Source of the DNA: a virus
Lineage: Duplodnaviria > Caudoviricetes
DNA length: 64,000 nt
Virus record (IMG/VR): IMGVR_UViG_3300008262_000105
Coordinates: 1,217 to 65,216 of that record
Direction: 5' to 3' (one strand)
In this document: piece by piece, positions 28,101-38,500 of the stretch
Layout: each line of letters starts with the position of its first letter
Position numbering within the stretch: the stretch's first letter is position 1
Program-made: the position numbers and the translations under genes
Notes under the pieces: generated by a model
Databases searched by the model: none
Seen by the model: the letters and a program-made list of their open reading frames with translations, nothing else
What the model was told of the DNA's origin: nothing

Positions 28101-30496
28101 CCGCTTGTACCACCACTACCAGATGTGCCACTTGTTCCGGATGTACCAGAAGTTCCTGATGAACCCCCACTACCTGCTGTTGCTGATGTACCACCACTAC
28201 CAGATGTGCCAGATGAACCACCACTTCCGCTTGTACCGGATGTACCAGATGTACCAGATGTACCAGAAGTTCCTGACGAACCCCCACTACCTGCTGTTGC
28301 TGATGTACCACCACTACCAGACGTACCACTTGTACCCGATGTGCCGCTTGTACCAGATGTTCCCGAAGAACCAGCTGAACCTGTACTTCCACTATTACCT
28401 GTTCTACTAAATGATACAACTAATTGGGCTCCATTTACAGCAGGTAAAGTTCCACTTACCCAAGAAACAGGAATTTTATAATAACCACTTGCGGCTGTTA
28501 CCGCACCTGTTATTACGAATATATTATTAATTGTTCCACTATCTCTGCTCGAAATTGTAAGATAACCTCTTGTTGCTAATGTTGTACTATCATCCCATGT
28601 ATCATACCACGCAGTTTGAGTATTTCCACTTTGGTCAATATTATCTATGAATATTTGAGAAATTGCAGCTGGTGATGTATTATTATATGCAATACTACCA
28701 TTACCAGGATCTGCATCAGTATTTGATGTATTAAAATTATATTTTGAACCACCAGCTTGTCCGCTTGTACCAGATGTTCCAGATGTTCCAGATGTACCGG
28801 CGCTACCTGCACTTCCCGAACTACCTTGTGCACCAGAAGTACCACTTGTACCTGATGTGCCAGAAGTTCCTGATGTGCCGCTTGTACCAGAACTACCGGA
28901 TGAACCACCACTTCCTGTACTACCAGCGCTACCGCTAGTTCCAGAACTGCCGCTTGTTCCGTTTGTTCCCGATGTACCGCTTGTACCAGATGTGCCAGAA
29001 GTTCCTGATGAACCGCTTGAACCACTAGCTCCACCAATACCACTTGTACCTGATGTACCAGAAGTTCCTGAAGTGCCACTTGTTCCAGATGACCCGCTTG
29101 TACCAGATGTACCAGCCGAACCAGTTGTTCCCGAAGAACCCCCTGCTCCACTTATACCTCCACTACCAGACGTTCCTGATGTACCGCTTGTACCAGAAGT
29201 TCCTGATGTGCCGCTTGTGCCAGATGAGCCTGATACACCAGATGAACCAGTTGTACCAGCTGAACCAGTTGAACCGCTTGTACCACTAACTCCAGATGTT
29301 CCTGATGAACCACTTTGTCCACTTGTTCCCGATGAACCACCAGAGCCTGATGTGCCGCCAGTTCCAGATGTACCACCACTACCGCTTGTGCCACTTATAC
29401 CAGAAGTTCCCGATGAACCACTTATACCAGAAGTTCCTGATGAGCCACCAGAGCCTGATGTACCAGAACTACCACCACTACCAGAAGTACCTGATGTACC
29501 ACTTATACCAGATGTGCCAGATGAACCAGAACTTCCTGTTGTACCACTTGAACCACCACTACCAGAAGTACCGCCACTACCAGAAGTACCAGAGGTGCCG
29601 CTTGTGCCAGAAGTACCGCTTGTGCCAGAAGAACCACCACTTCCCGATGTACCGCTTGTGCCAGATGAACCCCCACTACCAGAAGTACCCGATGTACCCC
29701 CACTTCCGCTTGTGCCAGAAGTACCACCACTACCAGATGTACCAGAGGTGCCGCTTGTGCCAGATGTTCCAGAAGTTCCCGATGAGCCGCTTGTACCAGA
29801 TGTACCCGATGTACCAGAAGTTGCTGCTGCAAATCTTCTACTTACTCTACCGGTAGTCATATTCAATACCAACACCTCATTTGTTGTATTATCCGTTGGA
29901 ATTGAATCTCCAGTAACTGATATAGAACCACTTACAGAAAGAGAACCAGTTATTTCTTGTTTATCACTTAATGCATCACCAAATTTGTTTGAACCAGATG
30001 AATAAATTACTGATGATGAAATATAAGTTGCGAATAATTCGGTAGATTGTATTCTACCTGCGACTGTTAAATTTTGTGAAATCCTAACAGACCCAGTAAC
30101 ACCTAAACTACTACTAATTGTAGTTGGTACATTTATTTCCAATCCTCTGTTTGGAGAAATAATAGCTTCAGCTGAACCCGATTTTAATCTATCTATATCA
30201 CCAATTGATGATGCCTGAATATTAAATAATCCACTACCATCTCCACGAAATATAGATGCGGTTATTGAAGATGAAATTGATAAACTGCCTGAAATTTGCG
30301 TATTAGATTTTACTTCAATAGGTAGATTACCAAATGACCTTATTTCATATGATTGTAAACCAGAGGCAGTTATTCTACCGACAAGGTTTACCGATGCCGA
30401 TGAGAAGTCTACTATTCTACTTCCGCTTACAAATAAAGAAACTAAACTTGCGCTTAGTTGATTTAAACCATTAGGGTTACCACCTAAATACTCCAT
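22121..30496 (-). CDS. Long tail fibre (2791 aa) with a Gly-X-X (GTS/GSS) shaft and a C-terminal peptidase S74 intramolecular chaperone
   Basis: C-terminal AYSDRRAKENIVTIDSALNKLLQIRGVYY...GVIAQEV plus coiled coil; repeated RAPIFYDxxDxxYYxDP fibre motifs; G-X-X tracts. Confidence 0.9.
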   Translation of the reverse strand: MEYLGGNPNGLNQLSASLVSLFVSGSRIVDFSSASVNLVGRITASGLQSYEIRSFGNLPIEVKSNTQISGSLSISSSITASIFRGDGSGLFNIQASSIGDIDRLKSGSAEAIISPNRGLEINVPTTISSSLGVTGSVRISQNLTVAGRIQSTELFATYISSSVIYSSGSNKFGDALSDKQEITGSLSVSGSISVTGDSIPTDNTTNEVLVLNMTTGRVSRRFAAATSGTSGTSGTSGSSGTSGTSGTSGTSGTSGSGGTSGTSGSGGTSGTSGSGGSSGTSGTSGSGGSSGTSGTSGTSGTSGTSGSGGTSGSGGSSGTTGSSGSSGTSGISGTSGTSGSGGSSGTSGSGGSSGTSGISGSSGTSGISGTSGSGGTSGTGGTSGSGGSSGTSGQSGSSGTSGVSGTSGSTGSAGTTGSSGVSGSSGTSGTSGTSGTSGTSGTSGSGGISGAGGSSGTTGSAGTSGTSGSSGTSGTSGTSGTSGTSGIGGASGSSGSSGTSGTSGTSGTSGTNGTSGSSGTSGSAGSTGSGGSSGSSGTSGTSGTSGTSGTSGTSGAQGSSGSAGSAGTSGTSGTSGTSGQAGGSKYNFNTSNTDADPGNGSIAYNNTSPAAISQIFIDNIDQSGNTQTAWYDTWDDSTTLATRGYLTISSRDSGTINNIFVITGAVTAASGYYKIPVSWVSGTLPAVNGAQLVVSFSRTGNSGSTGSAGSSGTSGTSGTSGTSGTSGSGGTSATAGSGGSSGTSGTSGTSGTSGTSGSGGSSGTSGSGGTSATAGSGGSSGTSGTSGTSGTSGSGGTSGTAGSGGSSGSGGSSGTSGTSGTSGSGGTSGSGGSSGTSGTSGTSGTRGTAGSGGSSGTSGTSGTSGTSGTSGSGGTSGSGGTSGTSGTSGTSGSGGTSGLLSLTGTTDNGVITLNGTAPNATVEANLRFDGTTLAVTGNATISGDLTVSGTTTYINTTTLNVGDNIITLNADFASGAPTENAGIEVRRGSSSTVSFYWNESTDRWYADNTLEVAGNVVLSGTIDTGQGATEVYLMNQNVRTTDNVTFNQVTANLIGNATTATTATYINVQDTRASATTPQTMNANQGVRFDFKQNSTNGLSDGGTYNGVMYFRKYGSTSDWSGGGANELGFTDNGNMWLRYGTGTSWGAWKRIMDTTSYAFAANMNQNVRTTDNVTFNQVTTTGGGNAGAYYLSDTNAGLYRDNTYDVVLLQNNSSGNPLYLAGAGEVRVSIDANNNETGQKFIVGSNAIKSSNELFSVNESGDGYFAGTSVNIAGGGDTTLSIFSRQAIGRYSGWDGNTLYLNGYGGFTNGVSVGSPGATSVPFYVYGGIAVFNGVSAISSGRVSIRAGGSGGVGWGTGLNIGDSSNYTGFIQDAGISRLRNFGAGGFDWFNNGASQIMVLSNGGDLTIASNMYAYRWFDRDNTAYNINGDSISTLYQLRLGGTIPYNDSNGSRFFGMFVPDGKYQTRNWHAGDGAFVWDGMQYVTGITDSPIGSYSHRGTGGWQGWRQNGWVPIDRTKTYKVSAWVRTVSGNPFCYLSFTQAGYDYSQPDNGGWGQPYYWYGVAPSSWTEYTMTIGPAGSGADYSWYGYARFMQLGFLHNYLYSGYSGTAEFIGFKIEEVDNTLAANTTVLGDITANRFIDRNDGSFLADPTGTSRFVNLTLTGQLNIPNNALINVNNEPDVWGARFRTTTSTSNLGSALKNIIWTGGGSSEGFAVSGVGVGGYALEVRNDGIAWARSSFRAPELYTDRFYDDDGTFGFRFGSGTGVTRHINMSSGTGDPSNPGGQFGGISWGQRGDNNPYYLMYVKSPYNNGYSTYTRLSLGWHTGLELGGNASYGGTTIFNDSPGVTSTILMSIGRGDQHVRISNNLYLPYIQDSTDGSYYLDFNSTSRLNELILNSYHIQNNDGGTFLVSNTSEANNWIFQENARGWGIFYFNKGSQSGQTYGTYSTVGAETFFVGQSNGPSMPGWVGYNGSSRIAAMISHYTGYIWSNSTIYAAGEMRAPIFYDANDANYYVDPNSSSRLWYLGVGYEAPEKRFHVIGDHGSSSMRLTIPAAYNGTGQRISMQWWVSEPGNTWNGGGFGYNVDNNLNSGGGAYYFGRPNTNYGQGYIRFSEGGDMYFYNTNTSGNRVTNMEMYPSNYVYVNNYLQAGNSLRAPIFYDSNDTGYYLDPATATNVDLRMRGGTLHGPNWTWGAYMYVGTNGRPGGEASVVTTNGNLHLDCQNGYETYINHYSGNRTYLYEIRTNFIYDRDDTTFYLDPSGDTRIRNLYIWYGNSIIHYGYNNSGAYAMNNNSTYWGLMLNVSANDWRLGWGGTGSIVGWNLRWDNGSTVWANGSFRAPIFYDSDDTYWYIDPSTSGTSANFRGAVRITDYFSPNGYPNWSDVAWIGRYDQTQGSYPMYSPGAMWGIHFQRSSDGASIGMVTRGGSYNDYNLVVNWGDDSGDILEYRFNNSRVALMDIGGQAQFPIIYDYNNTGYYLDPNGTTYIENLYSRWWEPIGVGGNSGNGTHAYRIFQEGGGWGYPYPDLRIAFHTGIKLGANGPSYEGVRLYSDYDMSGILIQLSGPSNYSFWHTWQRLEGYHGIYSGINSAHIYPNNSTYGQWRIDGSRNGYGGILIDVGNTPVLMFDGGGNGGIYYQAGRWMFYHYWPYNCVGVGTSATSPSYGMYVNRGIYATENIVAYSDRRAKENIVTIDSALNKLLQIRGVYYNRIKDETKKRQIGVIAQEVNEVIPEVVTYCDVNDEYGVAYGNFAGLFIESIKDQQNIINKQAEEISTLKEELQKLKELILNNKG
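27800..29820 (-). repeat. Gly-X-X (GTS/GSS/GSG) coding repeat, interrupted by a ~115-aa globular insert at about 28400-28750
   Basis: 9-nt periodic degenerate repeats such as gatgtacca, gaagtacca and cttgtacc on the plus strand. Confidence 0.95.
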
Positions 30497-30508
30497 TCAT
30501 TACAACTT

Positions 30509-30841
30509 TTAAGTTATCTCCAATACCGAAACAATTACATCTGCTGAATTAGCTAATGATGATGTTACTGAAAGAAAATCTCCAGCTTCCAAAACTAACT
30601 TTTGCTCACCACCAACCAAAACATTAGAACTACCAGGTAAAATTAAAGAATCTTTCACAACATATACAGTTTTATTTGCTGAGTTATCTCTAACCATCAC
30701 ACTAACCGAAATGTTATTTGAATTTACATTTGCTACACCAACTCCAATTACAGTTGTTGATGTATTTGTTGGTGTCTCATATATTTTAACACCTGCTGTT
30801 CCAACCGAACCTGTTATACTATTTTTAAATGAGTTTGCCAT
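30509..30841 (-). CDS. Small beta-rich fibre adaptor-like protein (110 aa)
   Basis: MANSFKN...IYETP...KLVLEAGD...VIVSVLEIT; paralogous to the termini of 43981..44913. Confidence 0.7.
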   Translation of the reverse strand: MANSFKNSITGSVGTAGVKIYETPTNTSTTVIGVGVANVNSNNISVSVMVRDNSANKTVYVVKDSLILPGSSNVLVGGEQKLVLEAGDFLSVTSSLANSADVIVSVLEIT

Positions 30842-30851
30842 ATCTTAATTT

Positions 30852-31133
30852 TTATCCTAATGCTATTGCAAATGCAATTGCTGAATCTAAAACATTTACA
30901 CCATCCACTAAATATCCACCTTGAGTCAAATAAATAGAACCAGTTACAATTTGAGAACCCGTTACTCTTAATCTGCTTGTCACTGTCAAATCAGCAAAGG
31001 TAGCTTGTTGTACTTCAATTGTTCCTTTAAATGAACCCGTAAGAGAGCCCGTAAAAGACCCACTTAAATCCGCATATGCGTTCACTCTATCTTGAATAAT
31101 TGAACCTGAAAATATGGGACTATGGATTACCAT
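30852..31133 (-). CDS. Small fibre connector-like protein (93 aa)
   Basis: GSFTGSLTGSF repeats as in the 3790-aa protein; hydrophobic C-terminus SAIAFAIALG. Confidence 0.7.
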   Translation of the reverse strand: MVIHSPIFSGSIIQDRVNAYADLSGSFTGSLTGSFKGTIEVQQATFADLTVTSRLRVTGSQIVTGSIYLTQGGYLVDGVNVLDSAIAFAIALG

Positions 31134-31179
31134 TTAGTTTTTTACTTTATCTTTAAGTATAAATATAAACCAACACTAA

Positions 31180-31623
31180 TTAAGGTTTAGCAGGCCAAGT
31201 TATACTAAAAGGGTTTGATTGTGATGTAACATCTCTTAATTCTTGCCTATATGTTTGCCAAATTGATTTTGTTTCATTTGGAATATCTCCCAATTGTGTC
31301 CAATCACATTCTAACAATAATTCATTTCTAATTTGTCTAATTTCAATCCATTTAGCTTCTATTCTTGCATTTATTTCAGAAGTTGAAGCATCAATTTGTT
31401 GCCAATTTTGATAATAATCTCCATCTACTAATATTGGAGTTGCTTCAGAAATATTTTTTGTGTAATCATTTGGTTTTGGAGTTTGTCTTACTTCAAAAAT
31501 ATCAAATTCATTCATCAAACTTTCTGTCATTTCAGATGGAAAGCTAGTTTGTGGATTATCATCTCTTAATTTTTGTAAAGAGTATGGATAATTGATTTCA
31601 TTATTTATAATTCTTAAATACAT
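31180..31623 (-). CDS. Tail fibre assembly chaperone (Phage_tail_APC-like)
   Basis: IRQIRNELLLECDWTQLGD...WQTYRQELRDVT.Q...ITWP.KP. Confidence 0.88.
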   Translation of the reverse strand: MYLRIINNEINYPYSLQKLRDDNPQTSFPSEMTESLMNEFDIFEVRQTPKPNDYTKNISEATPILVDGDYYQNWQQIDASTSEINARIEAKWIEIRQIRNELLLECDWTQLGDIPNETKSIWQTYRQELRDVTSQSNPFSITWPAKP

Positions 31624-31624
31624 A

Positions 31625-32527
31625 TTATTTGAAAGTTACAGGTATTGATGCAAAATTACTTAAATTAACGCAATTTCTAAATGCTGCTGAGCCAGCTGGT
31701 ATTGGACTTCTATTCCATAATTCAGGAGCTGTACCGGTTAATGCATTTGAAGTTGAACTCATATTATAAACGTTATTAAAAATAGTTACAATTGTATTAT
31801 TTGTAAATTGTAAAACATTTGTAAGTGCCTGACAATTTCTAAATGTTGCCGAAAAGTTTACAACATTTACATTCAAATCAAATAGTGTTGATGGTACTGT
31901 TGTTAAATTTGTACAAGCAAAAAAGCAAGATGCAAATGTAGTTGCTAAAGGTACATTATTAAATAATCCATTTGGTACAGTTGTTATCGTTGTTATTGAT
32001 GAAAATGTATCCGTAAAAGTTGTTGCATTTGGTGAGTAATCAAATATATCAGAAGGTATAGAAGTTATTCTAGTACCTCTCATAAAAGATGCAAATGATA
32101 CAACTTCCGCTAATCCAGTATATCCACCAACAGCACTCAATGTACCACTACCAGGTATTGCTGTTAAATTTACACAACCATAAAAGTTAATAGTTCTTAA
32201 TCCAACAATTCCCCATTGAACTAACTCAGTAATAAGATTTCTAATACTAGCATTGTTATCCACACGAAATCCTGGCATAAATCCGCTTATTGTAATTGTA
32301 TAAGTGCCAGGAGACACATATGTGTGAATTCTATCTGTAGATGTTGATGATGTTATTAAAGGTGAGCCAGAGCTATCTCCCCAACTAATTGTTAAATTTG
32401 GAGTCAATCCACCATAATCAACTAAAGGAACTGTAAATGTTGTGTTTGCTAAAGTTGTTTGTATTCTAAATACAAATGGGAAAGCTTGTCCAGACTCCGA
32501 AGGTATTAATTTTCTTGCTATACTCAT
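31625..32527 (-). CDS. PKD-like plus BspA/DUF285-type leucine-rich-repeat protein, probable receptor-binding tip
   Basis: TISWGD...HTYVSPGTYTITISG (PKD-like), followed by ~24-aa repeats of the form FxxxFxxCxxLTTVPxxLF. Confidence 0.75.
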   Translation of the reverse strand: MSIARKLIPSESGQAFPFVFRIQTTLANTTFTVPLVDYGGLTPNLTISWGDSSGSPLITSSTSTDRIHTYVSPGTYTITISGFMPGFRVDNNASIRNLITELVQWGIVGLRTINFYGCVNLTAIPGSGTLSAVGGYTGLAEVVSFASFMRGTRITSIPSDIFDYSPNATTFTDTFSSITTITTVPNGLFNNVPLATTFASCFFACTNLTTVPSTLFDLNVNVVNFSATFRNCQALTNVLQFTNNTIVTIFNNVYNMSSTSNALTGTAPELWNRSPIPAGSAAFRNCVNLSNFASIPVTFK

Positions 32528-32538
32528 AACTATAATTA

Positions 32539-35500
32539 TTAACTCATATTTTTACCAACTACAAATCCATAGTATGTTGTGCCACCATTAAACGTAAATA
32601 TTGTTAATACATCAGTACCAGCTGATGTAAGAATAGGTGCAGTACCACCTGCCCAATCTAAGTTTCCAGGCCATGTGATTGCAAAAGCACCAGCGTTTAC
32701 CAATGTTAGTGTAAATCCAAATGCGTTTGAAGGTGGTACATTTGTAAATGATACCGTACCTGCTCCATTAAATTGTCTTCTAAAATTATTACCTAATGTA
32801 AAATCAATAGAGACACTACCACCCGTACCATAATCATAGAAAGTTTCTCTAAACGTTGTTGATGCTATAAATCCACTTACAGTTTGGTCTCCCGTTAATG
32901 AAAGAGAACTTCCATCAAAAGTTAAATTACTTTCAACAATAGCTGCTGTTGGAACTGCTTGGTATGTTAATAATCCATTATCAGTTGTACCATTTAAACT
33001 AAATCCGTTTGTACCAGACGTACCGGATGTAAAGTTTGGTGGAGTTGTTCCCGAAGTGCCAGAAGTTCCTGTTTGACCCGAAGTACCTGCTGTACCAGAC
33101 GTAAAGCCAGGAGGTGTTGTACCTGAAGTACCAGACGAACCAGTTTGGCCTGAAGTACCTGCTGTACCAGATGTAAAACCTGGAGGTGTTGTACCTGAAG
33201 TACCAGACGAACCAGTTTGACCTGATGTGCCTCCTGTACCGCTTGTACCAGATGTGAAACCCGGAGGGGTTGTACCAGAAGTTCCTGATGAACCAGCTGC
33301 TCCCGTAGAACCTTGCGCCCCAGAACTACCAGAAGTTCCACTACTTCCAAAGAATGTACCATCAAAACCAGAAGTACCTGATGTACCATTTGTGCCAGTT
33401 GAACCCGATGTACCATTTGAACCTGATGTACCATTTGAACCAGAAGTTCCTGAAGTACCAGAAGTTCCTGAAGAACCAAAATATGTACCATCAAAACCAG
33501 AAGTACCGCTTATACCAGATGTTCCACTTGTTCCGCTTGTGCCATTTGAACCAGAAGAACCGCTTGTACCGCTTGTACCAGAAGTACCCGAAGAACCAAA
33601 GAATGTACCATCAAAACCAGAAGTACCACTAACACCAGAAGAACCAGACGAACCCGCTGTTCCAGTAGAACCAGATGTACCGCTTGTACCGGAAGAACCG
33701 CTTGTGCCAGAAGAACCAAAGAATGTACCATCAAAACCAGATGTACCGCTTGTACCGCTTGTACCATTAGAACCTGCTAAGCCGCTTGTACCAGAAGAAC
33801 CAGACGTGCCGCTTGTACCACTTATACCACTTGTACCATTACTACCAAAGAAAGTTCCATCTAAACCAGAAGTACCACTTGAACCTGCGCTACCATCAGT
33901 ACCACTTGAACCAGAAGTTCCAGCTCCAGAAGTTCCTGAAGAACCACTACTTCCAGATGAACCAAAGAATGTTCCATCCAAGCCACTTGTACCACTTGAA
34001 CCACTAGAACCACTAGAACCAGACGAACCAGCTCCAGAAGTTCCTGAAGAACCACTACTTCCGCTTGAACCAAAGAAAGTTCCATCTAAACCAGAAGTTC
34101 CTGATGTACCACTACTTCCAGAGGAGCCAGAAGTACCATTTGAACCAGAAGTACCTGATGTGCCATTTGTACCGCTTGTACCACTACTACCAAAATATGT
34201 TCCATCTAATCCACTTGTACCAGATGTACCAGTAGAGCCAGAAGTTCCTGATGTACCGCTTGTGCCGCTTGTACCTGATGTGCCGCTTGTGCCACTACTA
34301 CCAAAATATGTTCCATCTAAACCAGAAGTTCCTGATGTTCCTGTTGTACCACTTGAACCTGTACTTCCCGAAGTACCACTTGTACCCGATGTGCCAGAAG
34401 AACCTCCGCTACCAGATGTACCCGATGTACCACTACTACCAAAGTATGTTCCATCTAAACCAGAAGTTCCTGATGTGCCAGAAGTACCAGATGAGCCAGA
34501 TGAGCCGGCTGTGCCAGTTGTACCGCTTGTACCAGCTGTTCCACTACTACCAAAGTATGTTCCATCTAAACCAGAAGTTCCCGATGTACCGCTTGTGCCA
34601 TCACTACCAGATGTACCTTGAGTACCACTTGTACCAGAAGACCCACTTGAACCAGAAGTACCATCTGAGCCTGAAGTTCCCGATGTACCATCTATACCGC
34701 TTGTGCCAGAAGAACCTGTTGTACCAGCTGAACCATCCGTTCCGCTTGTGCCACTTGAACCAGCGGTTCCCGAAGTGCCATCTGAACCCGATGTTCCAGA
34801 AGTTCCATCTATTCCAGATGTACCGCTTGACCCCGTAGTTCCAGATGTACCAGCAGAACCATCAGTTCCCGAACTGCCTGCTGTACCAGATGAACCAGAA
34901 GTTCCATCTGACCCAGATGTTCCCGAAGTTCCATCTATACCACTTGTACCAGCAGAACCAGTTGTACCGGATGAACCAGTTGTACCAGCAGAACCAGTTG
35001 TACCAGCTGTGCCGCTTGAGCCAGAACTTCCAGAAGTTCCATCTGAACCAGAAGTACCGGATGTACCACTACTTCCAGAAGTACCCGATGAACCAGTTGA
35101 ACCCGATGTACCGCTTGAGCCGGATGTGCCAGATGAACCAGATGTACCATCGGTTCCCGATGTACCACTTGAACCAGACGAACCGCTTGTGCCGCTTGAA
35201 CCAGTTGTACCTGATGTACCCGAGCTTCCACTACTTCCGCTTGTTCCAGACGAACCAGATGAACCAGAAGTGCCGGATGTACCGCTTGTACCGCTTGAAC
35301 CTGTTGTACCGCTTGAACCAGAACTTCCCGAAGAACCCGAAGTACCATCTGAACCAGATGTGCCACTTGTACCCGATGTGCCAGACGTACCACTTGAACC
35401 TGTTGTACCGCTTGAGCCAGATGTACCACTACTTCCCGATGTACCCGATGTGCCAGAAGTTCCAGATGTACCACTTGAACCTGATGTACCTGCTAAACCA

Positions 35501-38500
35501 TCTGAACCCGAAGTACCCGAAGTACCTCCACTACCAGATGTGCCGCTTGTACCCGATGTTCCGCTTGAACCAGAACTTCCCGAAGTACCACCAGTTCCAG
35601 AAGAACCGGCAGAACCTCCACTACCAGCAGAGCCTGATGTTCCACCACTACCGCTTGAACCAGAGGTACCTGATGTACCGCTTGTGCCACCACTTCCAGA
35701 TGTTCCCGATGAACCGCTTGAACCACCAGAACCAGATGAACCGCTTGAACCTCCACTACCGCTTGTGCCAGAAGTACCACCACTACCGCTTGAACCTGAT
35801 GTACCACCAGAACCAGAAGTTCCACCACTTCCACTCGAGCCACTCGAACCAGATGTTCCCGATGAACCGCTTGTGCCGCTTGTACCAGATGTACCACTCG
35901 TACCAGATGTACCTGATGTGCCAGAAGTTCCCGATGTACCCCCAGAACCAGCTGTTCCAGATGTTCCAGAAGTTCCTGATGAGCCGCTTGTACCTGATGT
36001 ACCCGATGTGCCAGATGTACCACTTGAACCCGTTGTGCCAGATGTACCGCTTGAGCCAGATGTACCAGAAGTTCCTGATGTACCACTTGTACCACCACTA
36101 CCAGAAGTTCCCGATGAACCACTACTACCACTACTTCCGCTTGAGCCAGATGTACCACTTGTGCCAGATGTTCCAGACGTACCACTTGAACCAGACGAAC
36201 CTGAAGTTCCTGATGAACCACTACTACCACTACTTCCGCTTGAGCCGCTTGAACCAGAACTACCCGATGAACCGCTTGAGCCAGAAGAACCATCCGTACC
36301 AGATGTACCTGCGCTTCCAGAAGAACCGCTAGAGCCGCTTGAACCAGAACTTCCAGAAGAACCAGACGAACCAGAACTTCCTGAACTACCAGATGTACCA
36401 GATGAACCTCCACTACCAGCAGTACCCGAAGAACCAACTGCTGCTACTATGTTTCTTCTTTCTAATTTTTTAGTTAATGAGTTCCATACAACAACATCCT
36501 CTGATGAACCAGATGCTAAGTTTCCTAATAATAAACTACCGCTTACTCCTAAACTTCCACTAATTGTTAAATTAGCGTTTATTGAAGAATCTTTATTTAC
36601 TTGTAAGAATGATGCTGTATTTACACCTTCCGCATTTAGAGCGTATAAAGCGTATGATGCGGTAAATGCTAATGAAGCAGTACCCACCAACATTGATGCG
36701 GTTTGTGAATTTTGAACAAAGTTTGATGTATCTACATTTGATGCGTTTTGTGCAAATAATGCGTAAGATGCAGTTGATGCAAAAGATGCTGATAAAACTG
36801 TCATTGAAGAAGTTCTATCGTTTCTTACATAATCAACCAATGTTAATCCGCTTAAATTTTCAACATATGATGCGGTTAATGCGTAAGAAGAACTAACTGC
36901 ACCAAACACACTCATTGATGATGTTTGGTCATTTCTTACATAAGCATTGGCATTTGATAATGATGCAGATAATGCTACTAACGATGCCGAATCAAATCCA
37001 GTAACAGCGTCTGCTAAATCTGCTCTTATTGCATGTGATGCTGAAAGTACAGTTCCAAATACTCTATCACCTTGAATAGTACCACTTATTACACTACCAC
37101 CACTACCAATTACAACATGTCCAGATGTTAATCCAGCGAATATAATTTGTATTGTATCTTCATCAATTGATTTAATTGTTCCAGGTATAATTTGGTCTTC
37201 AGAACCAGTTGCGTAAACCTGAACCATAGGATATAAAATTCCTAAGTTGTGAACAATAGTTAAATTACTTACATTACTAAATGATACAGTTTCAGTTAAT
37301 GAAGTTTCAGGTTGTGGAATGAAATAACCCTGAGTTTCGTTGAATCTTAATATTTGATATTCAGCTGATGCAGTTGGTCCAACTCCTTGGAAATTATATG
37401 TACCTAAGAATGAACCAGTGAATAATGGTGCAAAAACATATTGTGATGCAGTTACTTTATTTAAATAAGCTGTATTTGCTGTATTGTATAAATCACCCCA
37501 AATAAATGAAGATGTGTTTACTACAAATCCTTTATCAGGCGAAATAGATGCAGTTACGCTTCCACTCTTTAAAATAAATGTTTCAAATGATAAGTTTGCA
37601 ATATTAATATTATACAATCCACTACCATCACCAACATATGATGAACCACTTTGTAATATTACATTTCCTCCACTAACAAAAACACTACCACTAACAGTTA
37701 ATGAACCAGAATGTATTCTAGTAGATGTGTTTATATCAAGTCCTAAATTTGGAGATATTACCGCCTGTGCTGACCCAGATTGTATTCTATCTAATTTTAG
37801 GTCTTGCAAAGCATTTGCAGGGATATTAAATAAACCACCACCATCACCACGATAAAGTGCAGCTGTAATTTCAGTATTAATATCTAATGTATCCGGTCTT
37901 TGTATTGTTCTAGCTGAACCAGATTGGATTCTATCTAATTGAAGGTCTTGAAGTGCTGATGCAGGGATATTGAATAATCCACCACCATCGCCAATATATT
38001 TAGATGATGATATTGAACCAGATATTTCTACTGAACCAGTAAATTGAGAACCAACCGAACCAGATGGTGCTGATGTTACAACCTCAAAATATCTTCCACT
38101 TTGAACAGAAGCTGTTGCACTACCACTAGCAATTAAAGGAGCTGCTGCCGCTTGTACATTTGTTAATTGAGAACCATCTCCAATAAATGAGAATGCTCTT
38201 ACACTACCACTTACATCAACACTTCCAGTAAACAATGAACCAAATGATGAGCCCGTTTCTGAAGTTGTTACTACAAATTTTCTACCACTTGCTACCGATG
38301 CAGTTGCCGAACCACTAGCGATAAATGGTGCTGCAGCAGCTTGTACATTCGTAATTTGAGAGCCATCTCCTACAAAGAATTGTGCAAAAATACTACCACT
38401 AACCGATATAGAACCCGTAAATTCAGAACCAATACCAGACCCTGTATAAGCTGTTGTCACTACTAATCTATCTCCACTTGCTACAGATGCTGTTGCACTA

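Noticed and set aside
22121-32527. Diversity-generating retroelement targeting the fibre tips
   Set aside because: No reverse transcriptase and no template/variable repeat pair differing at adenines was visible in this window.
33000-36440. Possible CRISPR array or satellite DNA in the highly repetitive tracts
   Set aside because: Repeats have 9-nt codon periodicity with synonymous variation and no constant repeat plus unique spacer structure; no cas genes are present.
27597-36715. Long plus-strand ORFs (PDVPLVPEV and MYQMYH types) and alternate-frame minus-strand ORFs (VVHLVHQ types)
   Set aside because: They are shadow frames of the Gly-X-X repeats, which lack stop codons in several frames; low complexity and no independent gene signals.
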